A DNA stretch of 64,000 nt from Gemmatimonadales bacterium (GTDB lineage Bacteria > Gemmatimonadota > Gemmatimonadetes > Gemmatimonadales > GWC2-71-9): positions 64,001-128,000 of the forward strand of contig JBFJCP010000002.1 in the NCBI GenBank assembly GCA_041615815.1, given 5' to 3'. The translations under genes were made by a program, and so were the position numbers. The notes under the pieces were generated by a model, which worked only from the letters and a program-made list of their open reading frames with translations, did not search any database and was not told where the DNA came from. Numbering within the stretch: the first letter of the stretch is position 1; every line of letters begins with the position of its first letter. This document shows, piece after piece, positions 26,704 to 37,137 of the stretch.

Positions 26704-27461
26704 TGGCAGCCGTTCGCACTTCACTGGAGAGCGGTGTCGGCCGCTTGGTCGTGAGTCATCCACCCGTCAACATTCTCACACGAGATGTGCTGGCCGGCAT
26801 CCGGGCGGGCCTCGAGCAGCTCGCGCCCGATCCCTCGCTTCGCGTGCTTCTGCTATCGGCCGCAGGAAAGCACTTCTCGGCGGGTGCCTCGGTGGAAGAG
26901 CATTTGCCTCCACTGTACGACGACCTCATTCCGGAATTCATGGCAACGGTGAGCGCGGTGGACGCCTTCCCGCTACCGGTCATCGCCGCCGTCCAGGGAA
27001 GGTGCTTGGGTGGTGGCCTGGAGGTGGTCTTGGCGGCGGACATCATCGTGGCGGCCACGAATGCCAGGTTCGGACAACCGGAGATTCTGTTGGGCGTCGT
27101 TCCACCGGCTGCGTGTGCGCTTCTCCCGACGCTGACGTCGCGGGGGGTGGCGGCCCAGCTGGTGTACACGGGTGATCCCTTGAGTGCTGAAGAGGCTCGT
27201 GCTGCAGGCATCGTCACGCAGGTGGTGGAAGACGACGAGCTCGAGGATGCGGCGCTCGCCCTTGCCGGACGGATCGCCAGGCACAGCGGCGCCGCCCTGC
27301 GCATCGCCAAACAATCACTCCGTCATGATGAGTCCGGGCGAACCAACGCGTTCTCGAGAGCGACATCTCTCTACGTGGAATCGCTGATGCGGACGCAGGA
27401 CGCCGTGGAAGGACTACAGGCCTTCCTGGATAAGCGCGAGCCCGTGTGGAGTCACCAATGA
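26700..27461 (+). CDS. dch: Enoyl-CoA hydratase, probable cyclohexa-1,5-diene-1-carbonyl-CoA hydratase
   Basis: [36 protein letters not shown]; immediately upstream of reductase genes. Confidence 0.75.
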   Translation: MMAAVRTSLESGVGRLVVSHPPVNILTRDVLAGIRAGLEQLAPDPSLRVLLLSAAGKHFSAGASVEEHLPPLYDDLIPEFMATVSAVDAFPLPVIAAVQGRCLGGGLEVVLAADIIVAATNARFGQPEILLGVVPPAACALLPTLTSRGVAAQLVYTGDPLSAEEARAAGIVTQVVEDDELEDAALALAGRIARHSGAALRIAKQSLRHDESGRTNAFSRATSLYVESLMRTQDAVEGLQAFLDKREPVWSHQ

Positions 27462-28627
27462 ACGCCGCGCACACGTTTCCACAGTGGCACGACCAGCCGC
27501 TCGAAGAGATCCTGTATCAATGCCGGGAGCTCGTTGAGGATATGTCGTTCCCGACGGTCAAGCGCTGGCGTGATCAGGGCGGGAAGGTCGTGGGACACTT
27601 CCAGGTGTATTTCCCGGAGGAGATCGCGCACGCGGCCGGGCTCCTCTCCTTCAAGGTGCGCGGCGCTCCCATCGAGCCCGTGCAGTCGGACTCCCGGTTC
27701 GGCTCGTACCTTTGCTCCATTCTCAAGTCATCCCTCGAGCTCGCGCTGAGCGGACGGGTGGAGCTGGACATGTTCGTCACCCATCCCATCTGCGACGCTG
27801 CTCGCAACCTCGCCGGCGTCTGGGGACGCAACTTCGAGTATCCGTGCCAGATCCTGTATCTCCCGCAGAACGCCAACTCCTCCCACACCGTCACCTATCT
27901 GCGGGACGAGTACAACCGACTACAACGCGCCATCGAGGAGATCGCGGGTCGCCGTATCGGCAACGAAGACTTACGGGCTTCGATCGCCGTGTTCAACGAG
28001 AATCGCTCCCTGCTCCGAAGTCTGTACGCGATCAAGCGTGACACGCCATGGTTGCTCGCCGTCGACGAGGCCTATGTACTCGTGGGCGTCGGTGGCCTGA
28101 TGCCCCGCGAGGAACACAACGCGCTCCTTCGGACGGCGCTCGAGCAGATCCCCGGACGGCCCGTCAAGCGGCAGGACAAGATTCGTGTCGTATTCGAGGG
28201 TGGTTTCTGTGAGCAGCCGCCGCTGGACCTAATCCGAACCATCGGTCGCTCTTGCTATGTCGTCGATGACGACCTCCTCATCGGGCTTCGCTGGCTGACG
28301 GAGGACGTTCCCTTGGCGGGTGATCCACTTCGCAATCTGGCCGAGGCATACATTGAGCGCTCGGCGCACAGCCCGGTGCAACACGATCTGCGGAAGCCCA
28401 AGGACCAGATGCTCCTGGAGCGACTCCGGCGAGCTGACGCTCGCGCGGCAATCGTCACGGCCGCCAAGATGTGTGAGCCCGGGCTGGAGGAGCAGGTCGT
28501 TTACACCCGGACGCTCGACGGCGAGAACATCCCGTACTTCGTGAGCGAGTTCGAGGAGAACATGACCAGCTTCGATCACCTCGAGATCCAGTTGGAGACA
28601 TTCGTGGAAAACCTGCTGTTCGACTGA
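27458..28627 (+). CDS. bcrC: Benzoyl-CoA reductase subunit C (HgdB family)
   Basis: [36 protein letters not shown] motifs. Confidence 0.85.
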   Translation: MNAAHTFPQWHDQPLEEILYQCRELVEDMSFPTVKRWRDQGGKVVGHFQVYFPEEIAHAAGLLSFKVRGAPIEPVQSDSRFGSYLCSILKSSLELALSGRVELDMFVTHPICDAARNLAGVWGRNFEYPCQILYLPQNANSSHTVTYLRDEYNRLQRAIEEIAGRRIGNEDLRASIAVFNENRSLLRSLYAIKRDTPWLLAVDEAYVLVGVGGLMPREEHNALLRTALEQIPGRPVKRQDKIRVVFEGGFCEQPPLDLIRTIGRSCYVVDDDLLIGLRWLTEDVPLAGDPLRNLAEAYIERSAHSPVQHDLRKPKDQMLLERLRRADARAAIVTAAKMCEPGLEEQVVYTRTLDGENIPYFVSEFEENMTSFDHLEIQLETFVENLLFD

Positions 28628-28666
28628 GAACGCAGGAGAGGCGGGGATGACCAGAGGAGACAGAAC

Positions 28667-29977
28667 ATGAGCGACGTCGTAACGAGCGAAACCATAGTGG
28701 GGCGCGGCAACCGCGATGGCGCCCGCCTCTTCCGGGATTGGTTCGCCGAACTGAGTTCGGCGGCTGCGGATTTGCGTCCGGTGGCGTACGTGTTCGTGAT
28801 GGGCAGCATGGCCGAGCTGCTGCGGGTGTTCGATCTCCCCATCGTCTTCCCCGAAATCAACTCGCTGCAAACCGCCGTGCGCCGCGTTGCCCACGAGTAC
28901 CTCAATGAGGCCGAGGATTACGGATACTCCCCGGATATCTGTGGCTACGTGAAAGCCGATGTCGCAACTCAGCTCCGGGGTGGTGAACATCCGATGGGCC
29001 GAATTCCAAGACCCGCCATGGCTGTCTACACCAACGCCTGTAACACCTACATCAAGTGGGCCGAGATCTGGGAGCGGATGTATGGGGTGCCCGTATTTAC
29101 CCTCGATGTGCCTGGGACGCGCGGCGCTGGTCTGCAAAGCCAGCCCGGTAGCCAAGACTTCGAGCAGGATCGGCGCTACGTGGAGGGTCAGATTCACGAG
29201 CTCATCTCCCTGTGCGAACAAACATCCGGCCGTGCGTTCGACATCGACCGATTGCGCGAGAGTCTCGCCGCTACCAACGAGATGAATCGGGCGTGGAAAC
29301 GATTGCTCGAACTGAATCAGAGCCGGCCATCGGTATTCAATGCGCTCTCGGAGGGAACCATCTACTTGGGCGTTGCGAACGGGTTCCGGGGTACGCCCGA
29401 AGGTGCCGCGTACTTCCGGGATCTCGTAGAGGAAATGGAGTACAAGGCGTCACACGGCATCGGGACCACTACCGACGAACAGTTCCGCCTGGTGTTTGTC
29501 GGGGTCCCCTGTTACCCGATCTTCCGGCGATTCAACGAGCTATTCACGGAATGGGGGGGGACATTCGTGACCTCGACCTACCTCTGGTTTGCATCCGGTG
29601 GTTCCAACGTCGGGTTTGAGTACGACCTCCAGGACCCCATCGGAAGCCTGGCTGAGGGGGTCTTGATCAGCGTCCGCGATGCCATGGACGCCATGTTCTT
29701 CCAGACCGACATCCTCGCAGAGATGATCGATGCCTATGGCATTGACGGAGTGGTCTACCATCCCATCAAGAGTTGTCGGACGGTGTCTACCGGCCTCGCC
29801 GACAGCCGGCGTGCCCTGATGGAGATTCGGGACATCCCGAGTCTGTTCATCGAATCGGACATGATGGATCGGCGGGTCGTGTCCGAAGCCCAACTCAAGA
29901 ATCGGATCGACGCCTTCTTCGAGGGTCTCCAGTCGCGAGCAGCCCGAGACGCCACGGCGGCGCCGGTCAACCCATGA
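28667..29977 (+). CDS. bcrB: Benzoyl-CoA reductase subunit B
   Basis: [39 protein letters not shown]. Confidence 0.85.
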   Translation: MSDVVTSETIVGRGNRDGARLFRDWFAELSSAAADLRPVAYVFVMGSMAELLRVFDLPIVFPEINSLQTAVRRVAHEYLNEAEDYGYSPDICGYVKADVATQLRGGEHPMGRIPRPAMAVYTNACNTYIKWAEIWERMYGVPVFTLDVPGTRGAGLQSQPGSQDFEQDRRYVEGQIHELISLCEQTSGRAFDIDRLRESLAATNEMNRAWKRLLELNQSRPSVFNALSEGTIYLGVANGFRGTPEGAAYFRDLVEEMEYKASHGIGTTTDEQFRLVFVGVPCYPIFRRFNELFTEWGGTFVTSTYLWFASGGSNVGFEYDLQDPIGSLAEGVLISVRDAMDAMFFQTDILAEMIDAYGIDGVVYHPIKSCRTVSTGLADSRRALMEIRDIPSLFIESDMMDRRVVSEAQLKNRIDAFFEGLQSRAARDATAAPVNP

Positions 29978-29981
29978 GGTA

Positions 29982-30803
29982 ATGATGGCCTATGCAGCCG
30001 GAGTGGACGTGGGATCCACGCAGACCAAGGCCGTGATCGTGGGGGAAGACGCCAAGATCGTTGCACGGTCATTGACCGACACGGGAGCCAACGTCATTCG
30101 AGCCGCCGAGTCGGCCTACCAGGAGGCCCTTCGCAGCGCCGATCTCCGCGAAGAGGAAGTAGAGTATGTGGTGGGCACCGGATACGGGCGGTACAAGGTC
30201 ACGTTCGGCAACACCCAAGTGACCGAAATCAGCTGTCACGGCCGCGGAGCGGTGCAGATGTTTCCCGCCACACTGACCGTGCTCGACATGGGAGGCCAGG
30301 ACACGAAGGCGATTCGGGTCTCCGCCACGGGTGAGATTCTGGATTTCTGCATGAACGATAAGTGCGCGGCCGGGACCGGGCGGTTTTTGGGTGCGGCATC
30401 GAGCGCACTGGAGATTCCGTTGGAAGAACTGGGGCCCACCGCGCTGCGTGGGGAACGGCCGGTCAAGATCAGCACCACGTGCACCGTCTTTGCCGAGTCC
30501 GAGGTGCTCTCGTGGTTGGGAAAGGGCAAGAAGATCGAGGACATCCTCCTGGGGGTTCATCATTCAATCGCCACGCGGTCGGCGGGGCTTCTGCGCCGCG
30601 TGGGCGTCGAAGAGGAAGTGACCTTCACGGGTGGCGTGGCGCGGAATGTCGCGATGATCGAAACGTTGAACGACCGCCTCGGCCTTCGCGTCAACGTCAG
30701 TGACGACTCCCACTTCATGGGCGCCCTGGGAGCAGCTTTGTTCGCCCTGGATCACATCGTGGCAAGCCGAACACCGGCCCATGCCGGACGGGAGGACGAA
30801 TGA
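29982..30803 (+). CDS. bcrA: Benzoyl-CoA reductase ATPase/activator subunit (short BcrA/BzdQ-like)
   Basis: [38 protein letters not shown] assignment from gene order only. Confidence 0.75.
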   Translation: MMAYAAGVDVGSTQTKAVIVGEDAKIVARSLTDTGANVIRAAESAYQEALRSADLREEEVEYVVGTGYGRYKVTFGNTQVTEISCHGRGAVQMFPATLTVLDMGGQDTKAIRVSATGEILDFCMNDKCAAGTGRFLGAASSALEIPLEELGPTALRGERPVKISTTCTVFAESEVLSWLGKGKKIEDILLGVHHSIATRSAGLLRRVGVEEEVTFTGGVARNVAMIETLNDRLGLRVNVSDDSHFMGALGAALFALDHIVASRTPAHAGREDE

Positions 30804-31624
30804 GCTACACGGCGGGCATCGATATCGGATCGACATATACCAAGTCGGTCATTCTGAACGAACGCCGTGAGATCGTCGGTCGCGCCATGGAGCCCACGGG
30901 GTTCCGACTAACGGAGATCGCAGAGCGTACCTACCACCGGGCCCTCGAAGAAGCGACCCTCGAGCCGGCAGAAGTCGCCTACATCGTGGCAACGGGGTTT
31001 GGCCGGCATCAGGCGCAGATCAGTGATGTGCACGTGACGGATCTCACGGCAAGTGCGCGGGGTGCGTCGTTCTTCTTTCCCGGCACCCGAACGATCCTCG
31101 ACGTCGGCGGGCAGACGATGAAGGCGAGTCGGCTTGGCTCCGACGCCAAGGTCAAATCTTTTCGCTTGAACGACAAATGTGCCGCCGGTACGGGAGCCTT
31201 TCTCGAGAAGACCGCACGGTACATGGGGTATACCACTCGGGAGATCGGCCCCCTCGTCACCACCTCCAAAGATGCTATTCCCATCTCTGGTGTGTGCGCC
31301 GTCTTTGCCGAATCCGAGGTCATCAACCACCTGTCGCAGGGCGTGTCTCCGGCCGACATCATGCACGGCGCGATCGTGTCTCTCGTTGGACGATCCGTCC
31401 AACTCATGAAACGTGTCCGGATGGAGCCCGAATTCACGCTCGTGGGTGGGATCCTGCGGTTCGAGCGCATGGTGGAGGTGGTGGAGCGTGAGCTCGGGGC
31501 TTCGGTCAACGTGCCACCCGGCGAGCTCGTACAGTTCGTTCCTGCGTTTGGAGCGGCGCTCCTGGGGCAGCGCCGTGTCGAGAAACTCGCCGGCAAAGTC
31601 CATGCGGAATCATTCGCCGGATAG
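30800..31624 (+). CDS. bcrD: Benzoyl-CoA reductase ATPase/activator subunit (BcrD/BzdP-like)
   Basis: [34 protein letters not shown] assignment from gene order only. Confidence 0.75.
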   Translation: MSYTAGIDIGSTYTKSVILNERREIVGRAMEPTGFRLTEIAERTYHRALEEATLEPAEVAYIVATGFGRHQAQISDVHVTDLTASARGASFFFPGTRTILDVGGQTMKASRLGSDAKVKSFRLNDKCAAGTGAFLEKTARYMGYTTREIGPLVTTSKDAIPISGVCAVFAESEVINHLSQGVSPADIMHGAIVSLVGRSVQLMKRVRMEPEFTLVGGILRFERMVEVVERELGASVNVPPGELVQFVPAFGAALLGQRRVEKLAGKVHAESFAG

Positions 31625-31985
31625 TAACGACGCTCCACACACCCGTGCCTCACCGCACGCGGGCGACGAGACCGTGCGCCGATTGGGCTTGGTGGTAGAG
31701 CACGAGGCACGGCGGCTGCTGAGCGACGATCAGCTCCAGCCCGATCCCGCACGAGTGGCCGCCGGGTGGGTTCGCCGCTTCATCGCGGATGCCGCGCGTG
31801 CCGAGGAGGCCATGGCACTCTACCGAGATCTCGGCTATGAGGTGTGCGCCGACCCTGTGGCGCTCGACCAACTCGACGAAGGATGCGCGGACTGCTGGCT
31901 CCTCACGCAACTTCGATTCGTCACGATTTACACGAGAAAGACTCGCATGCGTCCACCGGACGGAGGCGCGGGGAGGACATTATGA
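31602..31985 (+). CDS. Small hypothetical CxxC protein; start uncertain
   Basis: Fills the gap between bcrD and had with ATGA coupling to had; GWVRRF...LYRDLGYEV...CADC...IYTR. Confidence 0.65.
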   Translation: MRNHSPDSNDAPHTRASPHAGDETVRRLGLVVEHEARRLLSDDQLQPDPARVAAGWVRRFIADAARAEEAMALYRDLGYEVCADPVALDQLDEGCADCWLLTQLRFVTIYTRKTRMRPPDGGAGRTL

Positions 31986-33004
31986 GAGCCGCGGTCTATC
32001 ATGGCTCGGGCCACCCACTGGAACTCGCCGAGCTGCCAGCGCCGATACCCGAACAGGGAGAGGTGGTGGTGCGAGTCGCGGGATGTGGGATGTGCCACAC
32101 GGATTTGCATTATCTCGATCACGGAGTGAAAACGTTCAAACCGCCTCCGTTGATTCTGGGACACGAAGCGGCAGGCACGATCGCGGAGATCGGGGAGGCG
32201 GTCGCGACATGCGCCGAGGGAGACCGTGTGTTGATCCCCGCCGTTCTGTCTTGTGGGCGGTGCGGGTTTTGTCGGAGCGGACGGGAAAATCTCTGTGACG
32301 ACATGGTCATGCTCGGGAACAACATCGACGGAGCCTACGCGGAGTACGTCAAGGTACCGGCCTCGGAAGTCATACCGGTTCCAGACGATCTGCCGCTCGA
32401 AAAGGCTTGCGTCATCGCCGATGCGTTGTCGACGCCATACCACGCCGTCAAGCGTCGAGGCCAAGTGCGGACCGGTGATACCGTAGCGGTGCTCGGCTGT
32501 GGCGGTGTCGGACTCAACGTGGTGCAGTGTGCGGCGGTTGCGGGAGCGCATGTGATTGCCATCGACGTGAACGATGCCCGCCTCGAGGTCGCCAACGTTC
32601 TCGGGGCAGCAACCACCGTGAATCCCCAAACGGTGGAGCGGATCGATAAGCACGTTCGACAGCTCACCAACGGCGGAGTGGACGTCGCGTTCGAGGCGAT
32701 AGGCAAGCCAGACACCATCCGTGCGGCCTATGGGCTCCTTCGGCGGGGTGGACGACTGTGCGTCATCGGGTACTCTCACGAAGAAACCACCTTGTCCGCG
32801 GCCCGTTTGATGTATTACGAGTTGGAGATCGTCGGGAGCCTCGGTTGCGGGGGCGGAGAATACCCCGAAATCATCGACTTGGTACGCGCCGGGCGCTTGC
32901 AGTTGGACCCGATCGTGAGCGGATGTCTACCGCTCGAGCACATCAATCAAGGCTTCGATCGGCTTCGCCAAGGAGAGGGGATTCGATGGGTGGTCACACC
33001 GTAG
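31982..33004 (+). CDS. had: Zn-dependent dehydrogenase, probable 6-hydroxycyclohex-1-ene-1-carbonyl-CoA dehydrogenase
   Basis: GMCHTDL, GHE, CGRCGFC..NLC, GCGGVG; operon context. Confidence 0.75.
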   Translation: MRAAVYHGSGHPLELAELPAPIPEQGEVVVRVAGCGMCHTDLHYLDHGVKTFKPPPLILGHEAAGTIAEIGEAVATCAEGDRVLIPAVLSCGRCGFCRSGRENLCDDMVMLGNNIDGAYAEYVKVPASEVIPVPDDLPLEKACVIADALSTPYHAVKRRGQVRTGDTVAVLGCGGVGLNVVQCAAVAGAHVIAIDVNDARLEVANVLGAATTVNPQTVERIDKHVRQLTNGGVDVAFEAIGKPDTIRAAYGLLRRGGRLCVIGYSHEETTLSAARLMYYELEIVGSLGCGGGEYPEIIDLVRAGRLQLDPIVSGCLPLEHINQGFDRLRQGEGIRWVVTP

Positions 33005-33453
33005 CGCCCGATCCGTTCCAGCGATTCGAAGAGGAGCACGCGGAAGCGCTCCGCGAGTTACAACGCCTCGAGCACGCCGCCATGGCACTGGAAAACGGTG
33101 AGCGTCCATCAAGCTACCTGCGAATCGTCCGTGAAGTCCACACCTTTCTGAGTACGGCCGTGCGCACGCACAATGAAAACGAGGAGCGCGCGCTCTTCGG
33201 TCTGCTCGGTGAAGACGCACCGGTGGCGCTGTTCGAGGAAGAGCATCGGATGCTCCGCACCATGGAGCACGATCTGGGACGAGCGCTCGACGGTCGCGAC
33301 CCCGTGCAGGACATCCCCCCGATTGCTCGCGAGCTGATCGGCATCCTCCGCGCACACATCGAGCGGGAAGACCAGGTGCTCTTCCCCATGGCGCGAGCGC
33401 TCTTGGGCCCCGAGGGAACGGCGGTGGTCGCGCGGCGGCTTGCGAGTACGTAG
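32986..33453 (+). CDS. Hemerythrin-domain protein
   Basis: EEEH, HNENEERALF, EEH, HIEREDQVLFP. Confidence 0.85.
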   Translation: MGGHTVAPDPFQRFEEEHAEALRELQRLEHAAMALENGERPSSYLRIVREVHTFLSTAVRTHNENEERALFGLLGEDAPVALFEEEHRMLRTMEHDLGRALDGRDPVQDIPPIARELIGILRAHIEREDQVLFPMARALLGPEGTAVVARRLAST

Positions 33454-33591
33454 CGATTGCACGGATTCGCTTCCGATCGCCCCGTAACTTCGAGTCGCTG
33501 ACACCCGCGCGCTCTACGGAACCCCGACCCCACGCCTCGGGTTTACCGGAATGATTAGACTTCTGACCGACCGCAACCACCGGACAGCCCA

Positions 33592-36012
33592 ATGACCCTC
33601 ATGATCGTTGGCGTCACGCTCCTTCTAGGCCTCGCGCTGCTCTATCTCCGCCGCCCTCTCTTGGCCTGGGTCCTGCCGGGCGCCACCGTGTTGCTCTGGT
33701 GGGGGGTCACTACCGGCGCCGCCTCCCCGCCCTTTCGGATCACGGCCGCGGTCTTCGCCCTCGCGGTGATAGCGCTCGGCTTACCACCGGTGCGGCGCGT
33801 ACTCATCAGTACTTGGCTCATGCGGATCATGCGGGGTGTCCTGCCACGCATGGGCGAAACGGAGCGGATCGCCCTCGAGGCAGGGACCGTGTGGTTCGAC
33901 GGTGACCTCTTCTCGGGCGCTCCCAGCTGGAAGCGGCTCATGGCGTTCCCGGTGCAGGGCCTTTCCACGGAGGAGCAGAGGTTCTTGGATGGACCGGTCC
34001 AGGAGCTGTGCGCCAGAGTGAACGAGTGGGAGGTCGTGCAGCGGGGGGATCTATCTCCGGAGATGTGGGCGTTCATCAAGCAACACCGATTCTTCGGTAT
34101 GATCATCCCGAAAAACTTTGGCGGACTCGGGTTTTCCGCGGCCGCGCATTCGGCAGTGATCACGAAGCTCGCGAGCCGAAGCGTCACGGCTGCGGTGACG
34201 GTGATGGTACCCAACTCCTTGGGCCCCGCCGAGCTGCTGCTGCACTACGGGACGGACGACCAGAAACGACACTATCTCCCTCGTCTCGCCAACGGCGAGG
34301 AGATTCCGTGCTTCGCACTGACCGGTCCCGAGGCCGGGAGCGACGCCGCCGCCACACAGAGTGAGGGGATCGTGTGTCGGGGCACCTACGAGGGGAAAGA
34401 AGTGTTGGGGATGCGCCTGAACTGGCGGAAGCGGTATATCACCTTGGGACCGGTAGCGACCCTGATCGGCCTGGCGTTTCGCCTGCGGGATCCGGACCAT
34501 CTTCTCGGTGACCGGGATGACCTGGGTATCACCTGCGCCCTCATCCCGGCCAAGCTGCCCGGCATTCAGATCGGGCAACGACACGATCCCATGGGTGTGC
34601 CGTTTCACAACGGACCCAACTGCGGATTCGATGTCTTCGTGCCGCTCGAGTTCATCATCGGCGGCCGCGAGATGGCTGGACAGGGCTGGCGCATGTTGAT
34701 GGAGAGTCTGGCCGCCGGTCGATCGATCTCGCTTCCGTCACTTGCCGCATCATCGGGAGCGCTGGCTGCCCGTGTGGTGGGTGCCTATGCCACGGTGCGC
34801 GAACAGTTCGACACGCCGATTGGGCGGTTCGAGGGGATCGAAGAACCGCTCGCTCGGATCGGCGGACTCGCATACGTCATGAACGCTGCGCGTTGGCTCA
34901 CCGCGGCCGCGGTAGATGCTGGAGAAAAACCGGCGGTGTTGTCCGCTGTGGTCAAGGCCTACCTGACGGAAGGGATGCGCCAAGTCGTGAACGATGCCAT
35001 GGATATCCGCGCCGGTGCCGCCATCTGTCGCGGTCCGCGGAACATTCTGGCCCGGGCGTATCAGGCCGTCCCCATCGGGATCACGGTGGAGGGCGCCAAT
35101 ATTCTCACCAGGTCGATGATTATCTATGGCCAGGGTGCCATTCGGTGTCACCCCTACGTGCAGGACGAAATGCGGGCGGTGGCTCAGGGCGATGTCGCAC
35201 GCTTCGATCGTGCATTCTTTGGGCACGTTGGCTTCGTCTTTTCCAACGTTGCTCGTGCAGCTCTCTTGGGTCTCACCAACGGACGGCTGGCTGGATCGCC
35301 GGTGTCCGGACCGGCGGGCAGTTACCTCCGCCGCTTGTCACGCATGAGCGCTGCATTTGCGGTGGTCTCGGATACCGCGATGGCGACACTCGGCGGCAAG
35401 CTCAAACGTCGGGAAAAGATCAGCGGCCGGCTCGCCGACGCCCTGGCGTGGATGTATCTCGCGTCGGCCACGGTCAAGCGATTCGTGGAGGACGGAAAGC
35501 CGGCCAGGGACCTCCCGTTCGTGGCATGGGGCTGTGCCCATGCACTCCACCAAATCCAGACGGCGCTCGCCGGCATCCTGGACAACTTCCCCAACCGTCC
35601 GGCCGCCTGGCTCTTGCGACCCGTGATCTTCCCCCTGGGTCGACGTTATCGGCCGCCCAGCGATCATGTCGGATCCGCGGTAGCGCGGGGCTTGTTAGAG
35701 GATCGTGCGGCACGGCTGGCGCTGACGGCTGACATTTATGTTCCCCCGCCCGACGAGCCGGGTCTCGGACGTCTCGAGGCGGCGTTGGACGAAGCAGTCG
35801 CGGCCCTGGCGGTGGAGACGAAGATCCGGGATGCCGTCCGCGCGGGAAAACTCGACAAAGCGCCCGGCGACGTGTTGCTGGAAGCAGCGGTCGAGGCTGG
35901 CATCATCACCGAGCAGGAGCGTGATCAGGTCTTGTGCGCCGACCAAGTTCGGGATGAGGTGATTCAGGTCGATGCGTTCGACCCCACCCCATTTGCTTCG
36001 CTCCGTGGATGA
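33592..36012 (+). CDS. fadE: Membrane-anchored acyl-CoA dehydrogenase, FadE type
   Basis: 806 aa; N-terminal TMs, MVPNSLGPAELL, PCFALTGPEAGSDA, ITVEGANILTR, GAIRCHPY. Confidence 0.9.
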   Translation: MTLMIVGVTLLLGLALLYLRRPLLAWVLPGATVLLWWGVTTGAASPPFRITAAVFALAVIALGLPPVRRVLISTWLMRIMRGVLPRMGETERIALEAGTVWFDGDLFSGAPSWKRLMAFPVQGLSTEEQRFLDGPVQELCARVNEWEVVQRGDLSPEMWAFIKQHRFFGMIIPKNFGGLGFSAAAHSAVITKLASRSVTAAVTVMVPNSLGPAELLLHYGTDDQKRHYLPRLANGEEIPCFALTGPEAGSDAAATQSEGIVCRGTYEGKEVLGMRLNWRKRYITLGPVATLIGLAFRLRDPDHLLGDRDDLGITCALIPAKLPGIQIGQRHDPMGVPFHNGPNCGFDVFVPLEFIIGGREMAGQGWRMLMESLAAGRSISLPSLAASSGALAARVVGAYATVREQFDTPIGRFEGIEEPLARIGGLAYVMNAARWLTAAAVDAGEKPAVLSAVVKAYLTEGMRQVVNDAMDIRAGAAICRGPRNILARAYQAVPIGITVEGANILTRSMIIYGQGAIRCHPYVQDEMRAVAQGDVARFDRAFFGHVGFVFSNVARAALLGLTNGRLAGSPVSGPAGSYLRRLSRMSAAFAVVSDTAMATLGGKLKRREKISGRLADALAWMYLASATVKRFVEDGKPARDLPFVAWGCAHALHQIQTALAGILDNFPNRPAAWLLRPVIFPLGRRYRPPSDHVGSAVARGLLEDRAARLALTADIYVPPPDEPGLGRLEAALDEAVAALAVETKIRDAVRAGKLDKAPGDVLLEAAVEAGIITEQERDQVLCADQVRDEVIQVDAFDPTPFASLRG

Positions 36013-36015
36013 TGG

Positions 36016-37137
36016 TCACGTGGCCGCGTGCCGGAACCGGCTCGTGGCAAACCACAGTAATCCACAGCCGATCACGAGGAGCGCGGTGTATTGGGTCCAA
36101 AGCGCGGAGACCCCCACGCCCTTGAGAAACACGGCACGCACGATCTCGATGTAATGCCGCACGGGGTTCCCGATTGTGAGCCACTGGAAGACCTTTGGCA
36201 TGCTGCTCACCGGAAACATGAAGCCGGAGAGCAGGATCGTCGGCATGAACACCAGAAAACTCGCCATAAAGGCTTCCTGCTGCGTTCTCGAGATGGTCGA
36301 GATCAATAACCCGAGTCCCAGACCCGACAAGAGAAACAGGACGCTGCCCACGAGCAGCAGCAACACGCTTCCGCGAAACGGCACCCCGAACCAGAACAGC
36401 GCCACCGTCGTGACGAGTGTCAAATCCGCCAGTCCAATCAACGCAAAGGGAATCGTCTTCCCGGCAATGAGCTCTCCCGCCGTCAGCGGACTCACGCGGA
36501 GCTGCTCGAGAGTACCGATCTCTCGTTCGCGTACGATGGCGAGGGACGTGAGTAGCAGACATACCAGAAGAATCAACGCACCTACGACAGCCGGCACGTT
36601 GTAGTCGCGGCTGGAGAGGTCCGGATTGAACCATGCGCGCGCTCGCAAGTCGACGGCTGGGGTCTCGGCTTTGGGCCGCCAGCGCAACCCGTATGTGGTG
36701 ATGATCTGCTCCGCATAGCTCCTGGCCACCCCGGCGGTGTTCGAGTTCGTACCGTCCAGCAGAAGTTGAACCTGTGCACCACGGTGGTCTTCAAGCGCCG
36801 TCGCGAACCCACGCGGAATCTCGAGGGCCACCACCGCGTGACCCCCATCTAGTGCCCGGATCACGTCAGCCGACTGCTCGGACTGATGACGGATCTCGAA
36901 ATAGCCTGAGGCCGAGAGCGCGTCCACGAGCTCTCGCGATGCGGCGGTACGGTCGTGGTCGACGACGATGGTGGAGGTGTTCCAGATGTCGGTGGACACG
37001 GCATAGCCGAAAACCAGGAGTTGGATGATCGGGGACACGAAGATGACCCTGATCATCCGCGGATCACGGAAGATCTGACGGAATTCCTTGGCCAGCAGCC
37101 CACGAACCCGCTCGATCCGCTCGCCCCACGATGTCAT
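36016..37137 (-). CDS. ABC-2 exporter permease (YbhR-like)
   Basis: KEFRQIFRD, REREIGTLEQL, LLSGFMFP. Confidence 0.9.
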   Translation of the reverse strand: MTSWGERIERVRGLLAKEFRQIFRDPRMIRVIFVSPIIQLLVFGYAVSTDIWNTSTIVVDHDRTAASRELVDALSASGYFEIRHQSEQSADVIRALDGGHAVVALEIPRGFATALEDHRGAQVQLLLDGTNSNTAGVARSYAEQIITTYGLRWRPKAETPAVDLRARAWFNPDLSSRDYNVPAVVGALILLVCLLLTSLAIVREREIGTLEQLRVSPLTAGELIAGKTIPFALIGLADLTLVTTVALFWFGVPFRGSVLLLLVGSVLFLLSGLGLGLLISTISRTQQEAFMASFLVFMPTILLSGFMFPVSSMPKVFQWLTIGNPVRHYIEIVRAVFLKGVGVSALWTQYTALLVIGCGLLWFATSRFRHAAT

